A DNA stretch of 64,000 nt from assembly GCF_009914755.1 (NCBI RefSeq), contig NC_060926.1; one strand, given 5' to 3'. A program made the position numbers and the translations under genes. Each line of letters starts with the position of its first letter. The first letter of the stretch is position 1. Below are positions 47,388 through 63,246 of the stretch, in pieces. The notes beneath the pieces are model-generated. The model made no database searches and was not told the origin of the DNA. It saw only the letters and a list, made by a program, of their open reading frames with translations. Source of the stretch: the human T2T-CHM13v2.0 reference genome, Homo sapiens.

Positions 47388-47720
47388 TGAGTTCATGACC
47401 TTTGTAGGGACATGGATGAAGCTGGAAACCATCATTCTCAGCAAACTATCACCAAGGACAAAAAACCAAACACCGCATATTCTCACTCATAGGTGGGAAT
47501 TGAACAATGAGAACACATGGACACAGGAAGGGGAACATCACACACCACCGGGGACTGTTGTGGGGTGGGGGGAGGGGGGAAGGATAACATTTGGAGATAT
47601 ACCTAATGCTAAATGATGAGTTACTGGGTGCAGCACACCAACATGGCACGTGTATACACATGTAACTAACCTGCACGTTGTGCACATGTACCTGAAAACT
47701 TAAAGTATAATTAAAAAAAA
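47388..47720 (+). mobile_element. 5'-truncated L1PA3/4 3' end
   Basis: gagttcatgacctttgtagggacatggatgaagctgg...aacttaaagtataat; TSD aaaaatatacttggtga / aaaaatatatcacttggtga. Confidence 0.92.
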
Positions 47721-49067
47721 ATATATCACTTGGTGAACAACATCTGAGGGGCCAGCTATAAATTGTGAATAGGTAACATGAGTACCTCTCTTATAAACTT
47801 TTTTTTTTTATTATAAGCTGTTAGGCCTTTTATTAAAAAAATTCTGAATAGGAAACTGGATATTTAGTATTAGAAAAGATAAGGTTTTCACCATTATGGA
47901 AATAAGCATATAAATTAACATTTTGGTATAAACTATGATTGCCAAATTACAATGTAAGGACTTGATTTGCTTATGCTATTTCTATCATACTCATTTTTCA
48001 ATGTTACATATTCTGAACAATTCCAGATAAGTACCAACTGAATTGCCTTAGTTCAAATTAAGTCCTTTGTATGGGTCCTAATCTTGTAGAACCCCTTGTT
48101 TCTTTTGTTCTATCATTTTCCACATAGAAGTATTAGCGTTTCAATTTGCCTTTAATTTCTAATACAACCCTGACTTTCAATTATGTAAAAATCTTAGAAC
48201 AAACTGTCTAAAGAAGAAAATAGCTGTTAACAGTATCATTTTATATGAGAGGTTTATTCTATAGACCACATGAAAAGAATTATTTATTGCAAATCTTAGT
48301 GATACTACACCTTTATTGAATCATCACTATGAAAAATGTGCTACTTCAAGTAGCCCTAAATTTCTAAAACTAAGAAAAAATCGACAAGCTTCATGATATA
48401 TTGATTCTTTTCCCAGATTCAAAAAATGTATAGTATTCAATTGAAACAAAATAATGAATTTTCTATTGTATATCCCATCATTTGCATCTTTATGATAATA
48501 ATATCAAAATTGAGGCTTACTAAATTTTTAAAAGGTATTCTGAAATGACAAATAGGCCCTGTAACAATTTTTGCTTCTCAAAGGTATGAAAGAAAACATG
48601 AGGAAAAAGTGATTAAGGTTCGAAACAGTATTATAATATAGACATCTACATGCATATGGGTAAAATATTATATTCTAAGAGAATTTTTATACTTAATATT
48701 TTCAAAGATGTTTCTTGGGAACAAGTCAAGGTTCCCTGTCAGTGCCATCACGTTATAGCTGATGATTTGCAATGGTTGGCAAAGGTAGAATAAGAAACTA
48801 AATGAACAGAGTGAATAAAGACTAAATACTAAATACCAAAACCCAAAACCTTGTAATTATCAATAATGACACAATAATGATGATCAGGAAAAGACTCAGT
48901 AGTTATACTGCCACTGTAGCATTGTATCAGATATTTCACCAGTGAAAATAAGAGATTGATTAATTAAATTAAATTAATGTAACTTCATTATTTAATACAT
49001 TGCAAAAATTATCATGTTAAAAAATTAATCTTCCTATTCAGATAAAGAATGTTTCCTCCTTGCCTAA

Positions 49068-49597
49068 TATGATGGTTAATATTGAGTGTCAACTTGTTTG
49101 GATTGCAGGATGCAAAGTATTGTTCCTCGGTGTGTCTGTGAAGCTGTTGCCAAAGGAGATTAACATTTGAGTCAGTGCACTGGAAGAAGCAGACCCACCC
49201 TCAATCTGGGTGGGCACCACCTAATCAGCTGCTAGCGTAAAAGCAGGCAGAGAAACAGCAGACTTGGTGAGTCTTCTGGCCTCCATCTTTATCCCATGCT
49301 GGATACTTCCTGCCCTCAAACGTCACACTTCAAGTTCTTCAGCTTTTAGACTCTTGGACTTAACCAGTGATTTGCAAGGGGCTCTCAGGCCTTTGGCTAC
49401 AGACTGAAGACTGCGCTGTCGGCTTTCCTACTTTTGAGGTTTTAGGACTCGGACTAGTTTGCAGCTCCTCAATTTGCAGATGGCCTATTGTGGGACTTCA
49501 CCTTGTGATCCTGTGAGTCAATTCTCCTAATAACTCCCACTTTGTATGTTCATTTATCCTATTAGTTCTGTCCCTTTAGAGAACCTTGACTAATAAA
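49068..49597 (+). mobile_element. MLT2A1 (HERV-L) solo LTR
   Basis: tgatggttaatattgagtgtcaacttg...cctattagttctgtccctttagagaaccttgactaata; perfect 5-bp TSD cctaa (49063-49067, 49598-49602). Confidence 0.9.
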
Positions 49598-49744
49598 CCT
49601 AACAGAAACCCAATGGATTCAATGAAATTGGTCAGTTCCTGAATTTACTTATTTTACTAATCTTTAATATTTTCTTTCAGGATCTAGATCAAAGGTATAT
49701 TGTACAAGTACAGGTTTGTCACATTGAAAACTTGGTGACTATTA

Positions 49745-49900
<156 letters not shown>

Positions 49901-50685
49901 TCACTGAGAAGAAATATACACTAAAAAACAAAGTAAACATCAAAATATATTCTTGACTCAGGATTAATTCTTTTCAGAAAACTCCAAAATTGTCCAGCCA
50001 TTTGCCAGCAATAACCTACATATTTGCCTGAAAAGAAAGCACCACTCTTGCTTTTTCCTGTTAGTGAAGAAAAAATATCTCACTTCCTTTTTCCTCCTAC
50101 ATACAAGACTGAATATTTAGCTAAGACTATAGTAAATTATTTTCTTTGTTAAGTAATTCATCAAGATTGAATCCTCTTGGCTGTGAAGAAATCAGATGCC
50201 ATAGAGGGTAACAAACTCATTTCTTCCATTGCTGTTGAAAGCACTAGGGAGAAAAACATCTCTTTTAGCTCTATGCAAGCTCCCTTAAGGGTACAAGGTG
50301 ACTATCCAAATGATTGAAGAATCTGATCTACAAAGCAGTGACCATGATACCAACATGTAGCACATGCATTTTTAACCACTGGCTTTCAAAATGAAAGCAA
50401 CCACTTTCTCCTACATCTCTTTTTATTCAGAACTGTCACTTCTTAGAAATATAAATTAATGAGATCTTACATATGTCACAGATATATGTTGGTGTAGGAT
50501 ATATATAATCTACAGATAATAAAACTCTAACCAGGAATCTCTTTTACAGTTTCCATATTTACTTTTTTTTTAACTCTTATGGCTGTTATATATATATCCT
50601 CTGAATTAAGCAATGTTTTTATATAAAATCAGGGCAAAAGTCTATGAAATTTTGGAAAAACTTTAAAAAAAATAATCATACTTTA

Positions 50686-50904
<219 letters not shown>

Positions 50905-52823
50905 TCATTGTACTGGCTCTGCAAGTAGTTATTTTCTATCTAAGGGAAAATTTAATTTATACTTTAATTTGTTAGCTAAAATCGCACAAGATTGTAATCT
51001 CATTCCCTTATCAGCCCTTCTTAAGGCATGAATAATCATTAATGTCTTACTGCTGAGCTATTTGAAAACCTGAAGCAACAATTAGCATTGAAATTACACT
51101 AACCGTCAATGATTCACTAATAAACACTTAGGAGCAAACACAGGCAGCAGTCTTATGAGCCAAGGTAACCAAAATTCAAATTAGAGTAATAGCTTCTCCA
51201 GTTGATAGCACATCTTTCTAGTTACGAGAAAGTACTTGTGGGCCATCAACAAATGGGCTATTTTATGTTTTAAGTGCCAATTTGTTACTAAAATGAAATA
51301 AAACAATTCAACTTTCCTAAAAGAATCACCAGAGTTGAATATATTTCAAAATAGATAATTAAGAGGAATTGACTGAGAAGAGAAAATCCACTAAAATTAT
51401 TTTAACATCCCTTCAACGTGGATTCTGCAGAAAATTCTGAAATCGAATTAAGTTTGGATTTGTTACAGCCAATATAAATATTTTGGTTGTTATTCATTTA
51501 TTATTGAATTAGACATCTTTTAAAACAATTATGGAATTTAGGCTTAAATATAATTGCACATTGCAACTTCCACTTAAAAACTGCACCTTTTCAAGAAAAA
51601 AAATGAGGTGTTATAAAGGATAAATGCAGAAAATCTTTTAAGAAATATTAACATATAAAGTAGGCCAGTTTAGTGCCCAATTTATAGCATTTGATTACCT
51701 TGATTTTGGTTTTACTTTAAAAAATTTTAGTATTTTCTAGCATTCTGTACTTATAGAGTTCTCTAGACTACTATTTCTCAAACTTACAAGACACCTGGAA
51801 ACTGTTAAAATAAAGATTCTAATTCAGTAGTTCTGGGGAGAGGCCCAAGATTCTGTTACTGCTCAAGGTTGGTGATTCCAATCAAAACTTCTGAGCAGCT
51901 GCTACCTACCTCTAGTCGAATTGCTATAACTTCCCTTTTTATTCTTTTCAAAAGAAGCCAGAAAGCTAGATTTTTTAATGTGAAAGTGGAAACTCCAGAT
52001 CTGTAAAGTATGCCAACTAGTTCAAAATGTAAGACAGCAAAACAAGATGTGGGGGCCTGGCAGTTCTGAGTCAGCCTTAAAGTGCAGTATTTGAATGGTA
52101 GGCTTCCAGCTTACATTTCCATGCCAGAATCTCAAGGGAGCCTACCTTGCTGCTCAAAAATCCTTTTAGTATTTCTAAGTAACTAATAATCACAGTTGCC
52201 TTAGAAGATACTACTCGTGGTTCCAGTTCTCTTCAAATCAAGAACCCTCTCACTCTGCAAATTACTTTTCGTGATTAATTTACAGGTGAGTTGGTGAATT
52301 TCAAATGTAAACTTGTTTCTCAATCTTAAACTTCACATTTCTTCTTATTTTTAGTTATCCTCAACCAATTTCATCTTTTTTTTTTTAGACAAAAGTAATA
52401 TACCACCTCCTTAAAGTTAAACCTGCCACGTCTTATACATATTTATTTCCCTCACTCAGAATCTTTATTCCTTCTTCCCCTTCTTTCATTCTCTGGAGTT
52501 AATTGGTTGCTGAGAGGCTGTATTGATGTAATAAGAATATTTGGGTTGATGTTCAGGTTGACTGCCTATTTTTGTCATTAATCAAGTCACTTAAATGTCT
52601 TTTAGTCTTTTTTCTTACCTGTGAAATGGGCTATAGATAACACAGAGGATTGTTATGAATATTATAATACATTAGATAATGTGTATTTATGCAGCCTGAT
52701 ATGGGGCTGAAGAATATTTTGTCAGTCTAAGAACTTAATCTTTTCTGCATTTTACCTTGGATTTCTTGGTATTGGCAAAAATAATAAGTTTCTATTTACC
52801 CTAAAATACATGTTCTCCAAAGT

Positions 52824-52880
52824 GGTTTTTTTTTTGTTTTTTTTTTTTTGTTTGTTTTTTTTTTTTTTGTTTTTTTTTTG
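52824..52880. repeat. T-rich low-complexity tract (TnG)n
   Basis: Interrupted poly-T of ~55 nt. Confidence 0.85.
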
Positions 52881-53833
52881 GTGGTGGGGGGTGAGGGGTA
52901 AGCATTGTCTCTGCTGCTCGAAATCCTTTTATTCATTTCTGATAGACTCTTAATAATATGGCCTGGAGAATATATTCCACTCCTAAATTGTAAAGCATAG
53001 CCAAATGAAAGCTATAAATATCTATCTAGTCTTTGTCAATTCTATAGTTCATGCTCTCTCAAATCTCTTTCCAGCTTTAATATTACAATAGTATCCAGCA
53101 TTTCCTCCTCTAAGCAATTGATTTATTTGCTGCCAGGTTATTTTTCTGACTACAGAGCTTTGAATCATGACCTTCACTTGCCCCAAGGTATTCAACAGCT
53201 TCTAGCCACCCAGAATGTGATGTCTAAATTTCTTAGCCTGCTTTTCCATATAGCGTGACTATAGCTACAGTTCTTTCCCAGTCTTATTTCTCACTATTTT
53301 TAACCAAATACTTTACACTTTAACCATATTAATATGTTTTCAGATTTCCAGATATTACCTGATCTTTCCACACTATAGGGAAACTATTTAGATTTCATAA
53401 CCTACCCCCATCTCCACTTGCCTGAATTTTATTCATAATAGGCTAGCTGATCAACAACATCATCCCTTCAACCACAAAAACCTAATCATGTCTCTTGTGT
53501 ATCTCAGCTGGAAAGAGTTTCTCCACCTGCCTAATTCAATAGAACCGTACCTGGTCAATCTCTTTTTACCTAATGTAGTCATTACTTTGCTAATATATAA
53601 CTACTTTCACATATGTGTTTTGAGGGCAGGCTCCTTGCTAATGTGTCTTTTTGGCCCCTCTCCCCAGTTGCATACAACATTGCCTTCAACGTAAATATTT
53701 TTAATGAATTAATGAATTCATGAACTATAAAATCTAAAATTTTAAGAGTATGTGAACTGAGCTAAAATAAGTCAAATATGTCTATGTTGAGGAGTATGTA
53801 TTTAAATACGTACTCAAGCAATCTTAATTCTAA

Positions 53834-54136
<303 letters not shown>

Positions 54137-55499
54137 TAATTCTAATTTTTTATGCTTAACATTTTTCTCCCACCAGATTGAACTTTCTAATTATCATCTT
54201 TATGTCTAAAAGAATACTCTTCTTTTTGACTATCAATCACTAATTCCCACATCTGGTTGTTGCAGAGTGCTCTGGTAAACTCATCATAAGCATATGGGGG
54301 TGGGGGTGGAATAAAAATCGTTATATATTTAATAATATTTTTCTTTTTGATAAAATATTGAAATAATAAATTCTAGGTTTTAACTTTTGTTTTTAAGTAA
54401 ATCAGAACAAGATCTCTGAGTAAGTTTCTCAGGAAGTTTAATTTTCCAGTTCTGGGGTCTCTCATTTCTTGAACTAAGACTAATCATGAAGTATAATCTG
54501 AAAAGTCCTTTATTGCCACAACACTGATGCATGAAAAATTGTAATTTTCAAATGCATTGTCGAGCTCATAAGACAGGAAAAACTCAACATGCTAACACAC
54601 ACTCACACATTAGCTAAAACTATCAAGGAAAACAAAATGGGATTATAGAAGTGGGTGCAATTATAGAGACAAATACTTGTGCTGAGAATTGAGAGCTTCA
54701 TGGAGTATGAATTGCTCAGTGTAAAAGGGTTCAATCCTTAAACTTGCAAAGAATGGGTGAGCTAAGTAAGAGTGATCTTCTGGGTATAGACACACCCTAG
54801 TGAAAGATGAGTGAGAGAAAAAAGATACCTGCTTATAAAGGAGAACAATTAAAAAATAAAAACAAAACTTTTTTTCTGTCCTTTCACTGGCAAAAAACAA
54901 ACAAACAAACAAACAAAAACACACAAACACAAACACCTGAATTCCTAAGAACAGGTCTCTACTGTGCTACTAGAAACTACTAGCTTATATATGAGAAATC
55001 CACTGTGCTAGTAAAGATTAGTAGCCATAAGAAATCCACTGGTGATTTCTGGGTCAGCTATTATTTTATTGAATGAGTCTTCATTGAGAACCTACTATTT
55101 GTCCTAACTGCAAAACCAAAGAAAGGGAAAAATAAAGTTAAACTGATTCCTGGTTTATAGTGTCTACTTTTCTCTCCATCAATAAAAAATTCAAGTCTTC
55201 TGTAAAAGAAAAAATTTATTCAACCCAAGACTCACACTTCCCATTAAGTTCATCCTCGTAACAGAACAAAAAAAATTAAAACACACACAAAGAAATGAGA
55301 TATACGAGAACAGTTAAAAGAAAAAAAAACAAAAGGTCCAATCCTCCAAAATCTACATATTCATAAATTATTATATGTAGGATAAAGACAAGGTGGAATA
55401 TCTTAATGGAATAAATGATGCTTTGAATAATAATAAGCACAATGATTCCTTTTAAAAGATTCTTTTGGAAGCATGAGAACCAAAAATATCTTGTGATAT

Positions 55500-56010
55500 T
55501 AAAAAATATAATATAAAAAAGTAATTTTTGAATGTGTAAAATAGCAGTTTAGGCACAGTTCAACTAGTGAACTACAAAACAAATTGAAAGAAGTTAACAG
55601 AGTTAGCACAGAGAAACAAAGAAATTAAGCGAGTTGGAAGGCAGAATGAATAGTCCAACACATTTATTAAAGTCCAACACATAAATTAGAGTTTACAAAT
55701 TATAGAGTACAAAGACTGAGTTAGAGAAAACAGAGGATTTTGAGGATTTCTTTCCCCTGGATTGATGAAAGACAGGGCCCCATGGAAGATACAACTCTAG
55801 GTAGCAAAATATAGATATTATAATGAGGAAAAAGCAAAGATGTTACAAGTAGCTAGAGAGCAAAGAGACATCACCAAAAGAATGACAATTAGAAAAACAA
55901 GTGGATTCTCAATAGCAATAGGGGAAGTCAAAAGATAGTGGGATACTATCTACAAAGGAATGATAGAAAATAGCTCTCAACTTGGAGTTTTGTACTGAAG
56001 AAAATTATTT
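55500..56010 (+). mobile_element. Ancient L1M/HAL1 ORF1-like remnant
   Basis: A-rich; aaaagaatgacaattaga...gattctcaatagcaataggggaagtcaaaagatagtgggatactatctacaaa resembles old L1 ORF1. Confidence 0.55.
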
Positions 56011-56171
56011 TGAAACTATTTGCTCCAAGCTACTTACAGCAAATAGCTCATGTGAGCAATATATACATTAAGAACAGCTTGGTGTTTCAGGACATGTAGA
56101 ATGAAAAGGCTGGCAAACTATTTCTACCTCCCCTCACGAAAGCCTGAACCAAGGAGCTAGTGTTTGTCTCA

Positions 56172-56396
<225 letters not shown>

Positions 56397-56764
56397 TTAT
56401 TTGGGGCCCAATTTTTGAAGCTGACCCCACATTATATTTAGACTAAGGAAGGTAAGAAAATAAAGTCTCTCAAGAAGAAGCCCAATAGAGAGACGAGAGC
56501 TAAGTGAGAAAATACAGAGACCCACAGTGCAAGAAGAGAAAGGTTTCCACGGAGTCATTCATGGAATTTCTAAAAGATGAAAGGATAAAACAAAGTACAA
56601 TTACTGGTGGAATTTGAGATCCTTTGATGAGTTCAGATGCTAAACTGTCAAAAGTTTATCTCAAGTTTTTCTGCTAATGGAAAGATATATCCATCTTTAA
56701 CAAAGTTTCATTCTGGAAAAAATTGAAAGGCAACATTATTCAGCCTGTGGAGTAAGTCAGAAAT

Positions 56765-57200
56765 GGAATCATCCTTGACAATGCCTATTCCTCAAACTTT
56801 ATGTCCAATTGATTGTTAAGTTCCTTTATGTTCTTACTCTTTGATATCTCTATAATTTGTGCATGTTCCTCCATCTGTGTTTTCCCCAGCCTAGTCCAGG
56901 CTTCTGATATCTCTTACTAGAGCCACTGTAACAGCCAACTAATCTGTCTCTCAGAGTTCACTGCTCATCTACTCCCAACCCATAGAACTCTCTACTAAAC
57001 ACAGTAGCTAAAGTGGCCTCTTCCAAAGGCAAAGCTCTTCATGTTGTCATACCCTCCCTGAAGCACTTCCTTAATTCCCATTATTTTCAGAATTAACATA
57101 AACATTAAAAACTTATCTTATAAAGGTTGACATAATTTGGCGTCTATTTCATTAGATCTTTCAGCTTGTACAGATACATCCCTCTCATTCTGTGCTCCAT
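56765..57200 (+). mobile_element. L2 fragment
   Basis: aatcatccttgac...cagcctagtccaggctt...cactgtaacagccaactaatctgtctc...cacagtagctaaagtggcctcttccaaaggcaaa. Confidence 0.6.
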
Positions 57201-57255
57201 ACCATTCAGTCTGTCTTGGCTCTCCTTAAGTTTCTTACTATACAGAAAATGTTCA

Positions 57256-57555
57256 GGCTGGGCGCAGTGGTTCACGCCTGTAATCCCAGCACTTTGGGAG
57301 ACAGAGGTGGGTGGATCATGTGGTCAGGAGTTTGAGACCAGCCTGGCCAATGTGGTGAAACCCCATCTCTACTAAAAACACAAAAATTAGCCAGGCATGG
57401 TGGTGTGCACCTATAATCCCAGCTACTCAGGAGGCTGAGGTAGGAGAATAGCTTGAACCCTGGAGGCAGAGTTTGCAGTAAGCCAAGATAGCACCACTGC
57501 ACTCCAGCCTGGGACAGAGTGAGACTGCATCTAAAAAAAAAAAAAAGAAAGAAAA
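57256..57555 (+). mobile_element. AluSg-like
   Basis: Full dimer; TSD agaaaatgttc. Confidence 0.92.
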
Positions 57556-58841
57556 GAAAATGTTCCAATATTTTTCAAAATGACTGAATCTGTAATTATT
57601 GCTCCTAATGAGTATATGTATTAATTATTAGTGAGAAAACATTTTTGCTCAAATTTTGGTTGATAATTGTGAATAGAGTCTGCTAAATAGAAGTAAGTCT
57701 TGATGATTTTCTCAAAGATAAACTCACCAAATTACTACCAGATACCAGTTCATAATTAAAGACAGAAAATTGTCTCCTATTTTTTTTTAAGATATAACAT
57801 CTTTTGCTCTTTATAATTCACAGAGCCTTTTGGATAATATTAAATATTTATAATAAAGTACTTGAACATTTTTCTGTCAGACTTTGGTGAATTTCTTGAG
57901 GGAAGACCACCTAACTGATTGTCAATCTTCAGAGACACCTAATGTCCTTTACTTGGTCTTTCAAGGAATTTAATGACATTTCATCAGTCATTGTTGTTCT
58001 TTTTAATCCAGTCTAACAATGCTTATCCAACCACATTTGCCCCTGCCCTTGTAAAAAAATTCTGAACAAAGAGGAAATCTTTGCATTTGCTTTTTTATAA
58101 AAATTCTTGTTTTTCAGCAAGTTCGAAATAAATATTTGAACAAGCTTATAGCCAAACCATTCAATAAATTTTTTTAAACAATGCTAACCTGAGATCAGAA
58201 AAGAGCTAGCTTAAATACAACTGTATTTCAGTGGTCAAATACTCTCAGATCTATTAATGGTACTCAAGCTAGCCTTCTAGTATTGAAAAGGATAGTGAAT
58301 AAAATCTACACTTCCTATTGCCTTCATTATGACATTTACCATTGCTCAAATATGTCTGACTTTAAATTTTCAATAGACTTGAAAGCATAGGTGTTTGATG
58401 CATTTATATGGATTACTGATTACTCTTTTCTCCATTCCCCTCCAAATCCTTCTACCAAATTTAGGTTGAAGAGAAACTGCGTCTTTGGATATTCAGTCAT
58501 GGCAAATAGTAAGTGCTCAATAAAGACACATTCAATAAAATAATAACTGACCCTGAAATCACAATGTGCCAAACTTTAAGCAAATATTAGGATAATTCAA
58601 TGCTAAAAATTTAGAACCCCACCATGACATGTACATGTATGTCTCACTTCATATATGTTCTCTGTGTTGGGACAAGTTACTCCTATTTTTGTAATGGTTA
58701 GTTGTACAGCATTCTCTTAGAACCTATAATTCAACCTGCTGGATCAGGAAATAGGAACAGTTTTCCTGTTTTATATGTTAGTCTAGGTCTGTAAAAATAT
58801 GTGCAAAGGGAAGTTGCTTATAAGCTTAAGTAGGGGAGGGA

Positions 58842-59169
58842 GGCCGGGCATGGTGGCTCACAGCTGTAATCCCAGCACTTTGGGAGGCCAAGGCGGGTGG
58901 ATTGCGAGGTCAGGAGTTCAAGACTAGCCTGGCCAAGATGCTGAAACCCTGTATCTACTAAAAATACAAAAAAAAAAAAAAAATAGCCAGGTGTGGTGGT
59001 GGGTGCCTGTAATCCCAGCTACTCAAGAGGCTGAGGCAGAGAATTGCTTGAACCTGGTAGATGGAGGTTGCAGTGAGCCGAGATCGTGCCACTGCGCTGC
59101 AGCCTGGGTGACAGAATGAGACTCTGTCTCAAAAAAAAAACAAAAAACAAAAAACAAAAAACAAAAAAC
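58842..59169 (+). mobile_element. AluSg-like
   Basis: Full dimer with A-expanded linker and (CAAAAAA)n tail. Confidence 0.92.
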
Positions 59170-59274
59170 AGGGAAGCCAGTCCTTCCTAATATCCTATAT
59201 TTTCTCTATGCAAATGTAACTATTCCTCCATCAGAAAAAAAGACACTTTAAGTCTATTTATTTAGACATGTAAA

Positions 59275-59584
59275 TTTTTTTTTAATTTTTATTTTTTTGG
59301 AGAGATGGAGTTTTGCTCTTCTTGCCCATGCTGGAGCACAATGACATGATCTTGGTTCACTGCAACCTCCGCCTGCCAGGTTCAAGTGATTTTCCTGCCT
59401 CAGTCTCCCAAGTAGCTGGGATTACATGTGTGCACCACCACATTTGGCTAATTTTGTATTTTTAGTAGAGACAGGGTTTCACCGTGTTGGTTCAGGCTGG
59501 TCTCGAACTCCTGACCTCAAGTGATCCACCCGCCTCGGCCTCCCAAAGTGCCGGGATTACCGCTGTGAGCCACCGTGCCCAGCC
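59275..59584 (-). mobile_element. AluSq/Sx-like
   Basis: Full dimer; taaatttt on both flanks. Confidence 0.92.
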
Positions 59585-59739
59585 GAGAAATCTAAATTTT
59601 AAGGTGATCTGTCCTGAAGTTTTTCTTCACATGAATGTAAATTTCTAATTATCAGTCTGCTCTGTGCAATTTAATTATACCATTCTACAATAGTAAGGAT
59701 GTAGCATATTATTAAATCTCTAATCAATTCTAACTTTCA

Positions 59740-60102
<363 letters not shown>

Positions 60103-61391
60103 TTATGAAGTTGGCAAGCTTGAAAGTCTAGAAATTCTAAAATATTACTTAATACATGTTAACTCCCAAAAATCACAATCAATATTTGATGGAAACAATG
60201 CAGTAACAATTTATCTATTTTAAATTAAGGTATTTAATAGAAACAAATATGAAATGAGTTAGAAGCCTTACATCATCATTTTTCTTTAGCTAGAAACACC
60301 CAAACATTCTCAGTAATCAATTCTCACTGACCTTAGAATTTCGAAGTTGCTAAACTACATAAACTACGAGTGTCGGATACCATATTTGTACTTTGTACGT
60401 AATTACTACAATATTGTATTGCATTACAAGATTTTGAGGGAATCTAAGAACTTTTTTCTATACTGTCTTTGAATAAGATAAAATTAAACACGCTATTAGA
60501 AATCTTGTATATATTTTTCCTATAAAAATTAGGGTTCAAATAATTTAAAGCGTGCTTTTAGTGTATTTTTTTTGTAAATTTGTAGTAACTAACATTGTGA
60601 GGCGTTATATCACTTTACTTCCTTGCACTACATTTGTAAAATATCAGAGCCAATAGAAATAGTAGTTACAGATATTCTATTTTGTTGTTGTTGTCTTTCA
60701 GGTTATTGGTGTTGAGATATGTTATTATGGTGTAAATTAAAGCTACATGTACCTAAACTCCTGACTTTTAAATTTTGGTGAGTACTTTTTTTCTGTCCTT
60801 AAAATTAAGTAATATTTTGCAAATAAATAAAATTATTAATAGAAAGCAAAAAATTTTATTCACAAAATTTATCTTTTTTAGTTCAAATGCATTGTTTAAA
60901 TGTGTGGAGTTTTTTTTACAAATCTTTCCAAGTTATATATTTTATTTCACTTTTCCCCCTTTCAAGTTGATAATCCTGTACCAAATGATGCTAGAGTGAC
61001 TTTAGAAGAGCAGATTAAAGCTGTTAAGCGCCTCTTTGTTATGCAGGTTACCTACATCATCATTTTCTGATAATGCACTTTCACTTAAAAATCTTCCTGT
61101 TTTGCAGAGATAAACTCTGCTAACGTACCAAATAAGAAAGTAGCAGGAAAAAAAATCAATAAGGTAACAAATAACAAAGTACAACATATCACATATTTAA
61201 AGAATTTGTCAGTCTTCCCCAGAGCAGATGAATCATCAATAGTGGATGGAAATAGCACCACCACCTAAAATATTTTTGAAAACAGAAAAAAAAACTTCCT
61301 CTGCTTTAATATGAGTAAAATCTGAATGCTAATATAATTTGAGAGAATTCAATTTTGTTTTTATTTTCGATTAGAACTGTAAGAAATTTAC

Positions 61392-61523
61392 CATAGCAGG
61401 TCTTCTTGTCTGAAGAAAGCTTCATCAAGTGGGGGCACGCACAGGCAGCACTCCTATTGTGATTGATTAGACACATGTGAGAGCAGGGGCCTTTGCCATC
61501 ATTAGCTGCACAAGGATTGGGAG
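61392..61523 (-). CDS. LRP1B: LRP1B coding exon (~exon 28, 132 nt, phase 1-1), EGF-like repeat
   Basis: Acceptor ATTACAG|CT, donor TATG|GTAAAT; translates (A)[43 protein letters not shown](E) with six-cysteine EGF spacing; not in the ORF track. Confidence 0.96.
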
Positions 61524-61785
61524 CTGTAATTACACAGTGAAATATGAACAGTGAAGAAGGAAGAATGTATTAGGGAAGCTCTGAGGTTGACAGGGGTTAT
61601 TCACCTAATGATTCAAAGTAAAGTTTCCTACATAGAACCCATTAGTAGGGTGATTAATATGACAATAATAGACAATCATACACAGCAATTACATTAATAA
61701 AAAAACATTATTTCAAAGATAACTAAGAAAACTCCATCAATTCTCTCTTAGACAAATGGCATGCATCCTATTGCTTCGAGGTAGT

Positions 61786-62101
<316 letters not shown>

Positions 62102-62776
62102 TTAAGGAGTTAGTTTGAGGAGCAACCAGGAATAATTAGTGAATTTAATATAAAATAAACTAAGATAGACTATAACCCAGACATTGGAAGTTGCAATAGA
62201 TGTTGTTATTTTCTTAACCAACCATGAAGGTTCCCTTCTTGCCTTGGCACACCACTTTTAGAGGCTTCCCTAGGAAACTACTGGTACATATATACCTTTC
62301 CTTCAAACACGTGCTCTTCTTCAAATGAGGCCTATGTGAAGAAATGTCTGTCTGCCTTCATGATTAAGTCATCTACTTCTTTGTTACTTTTTCTGTATTA
62401 ACTAATTCCATGGCTAAGGATTGCTCCACATGTACATACTTACTCAATTCCCTTGTATAAATGACTTATGATTTTTCAAATTGAGAACAGAATATTAAAT
62501 TTTGCAGCTCAATGTCATTCTGTGACAGCACTGAATGTCTTGGGACATTTTGAATTTTATGTTCCTTGTTCTGTCATCATGTCTTTTGGATAAGATTTTA
62601 ATTTATCTAGTATCTTTAATCTTATTTTTATAGAACCTATCTAGTAGAAAAAAGTCACTAGAACTAGGCTACGAAATTGAAGGCAAAAAAGCGTTATTCT
62701 TGTAGCCCCATCAAGAAAATGTTAGCTTTCAACTCATGAGTGGTATCTTCCAACCATGTCCCCTTGCTCAAAGTAG

Positions 62777-63246
62777 TGATAGGGTTGAGACATGCCCAAT
62801 ATGCCACCTTTGCCCATTAGAAAATGACAGAAGCAGGAAGGTCTCTGTGACCTTCCCTCCACCCCTCTTTCCTGAAACAGGTCATGAAAGCTAGAAAGGA
62901 TTTTCTGACCTCCCCTGAAGCAGGTCACAAACTCTCATGTAGAGGTGCCCTTCCTAAGCCCTGAGGAAAGGAATATCCTTGTCTCTGAAGACACAGGGAC
63001 ACAGAAAAGAATCTGAACAACAGGCCTTGCTAAGTTTCCCCAGTTTATTACCATTAGATCATACCTCCTAGCATAAAACTACCGAGATTTTAACCATTTC
63101 TTCAGGTCTTTATTTCCTCAGAAGGCTCCTATGTCATATAATACTTGTATTAAGTTTGTGTACTTTTTTGGGTAATCTGTCTTTCGTTACAGACCTCAGC
63201 CATGAACCTGAGATGGGTAGAGAAAAGGTATTTCCTCCCTCTTACA
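62777..63246 (+). mobile_element. ERV1 solo LTR (MER39-like)
   Basis: tgatagggttgagacatgcccaatatgccac...gaaggtctctgtgaccttccc...aatctgaacaacaggccttgctaagtttccccagtttattacc...gaaaaggtatttcctccctcttaca. Confidence 0.75.
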
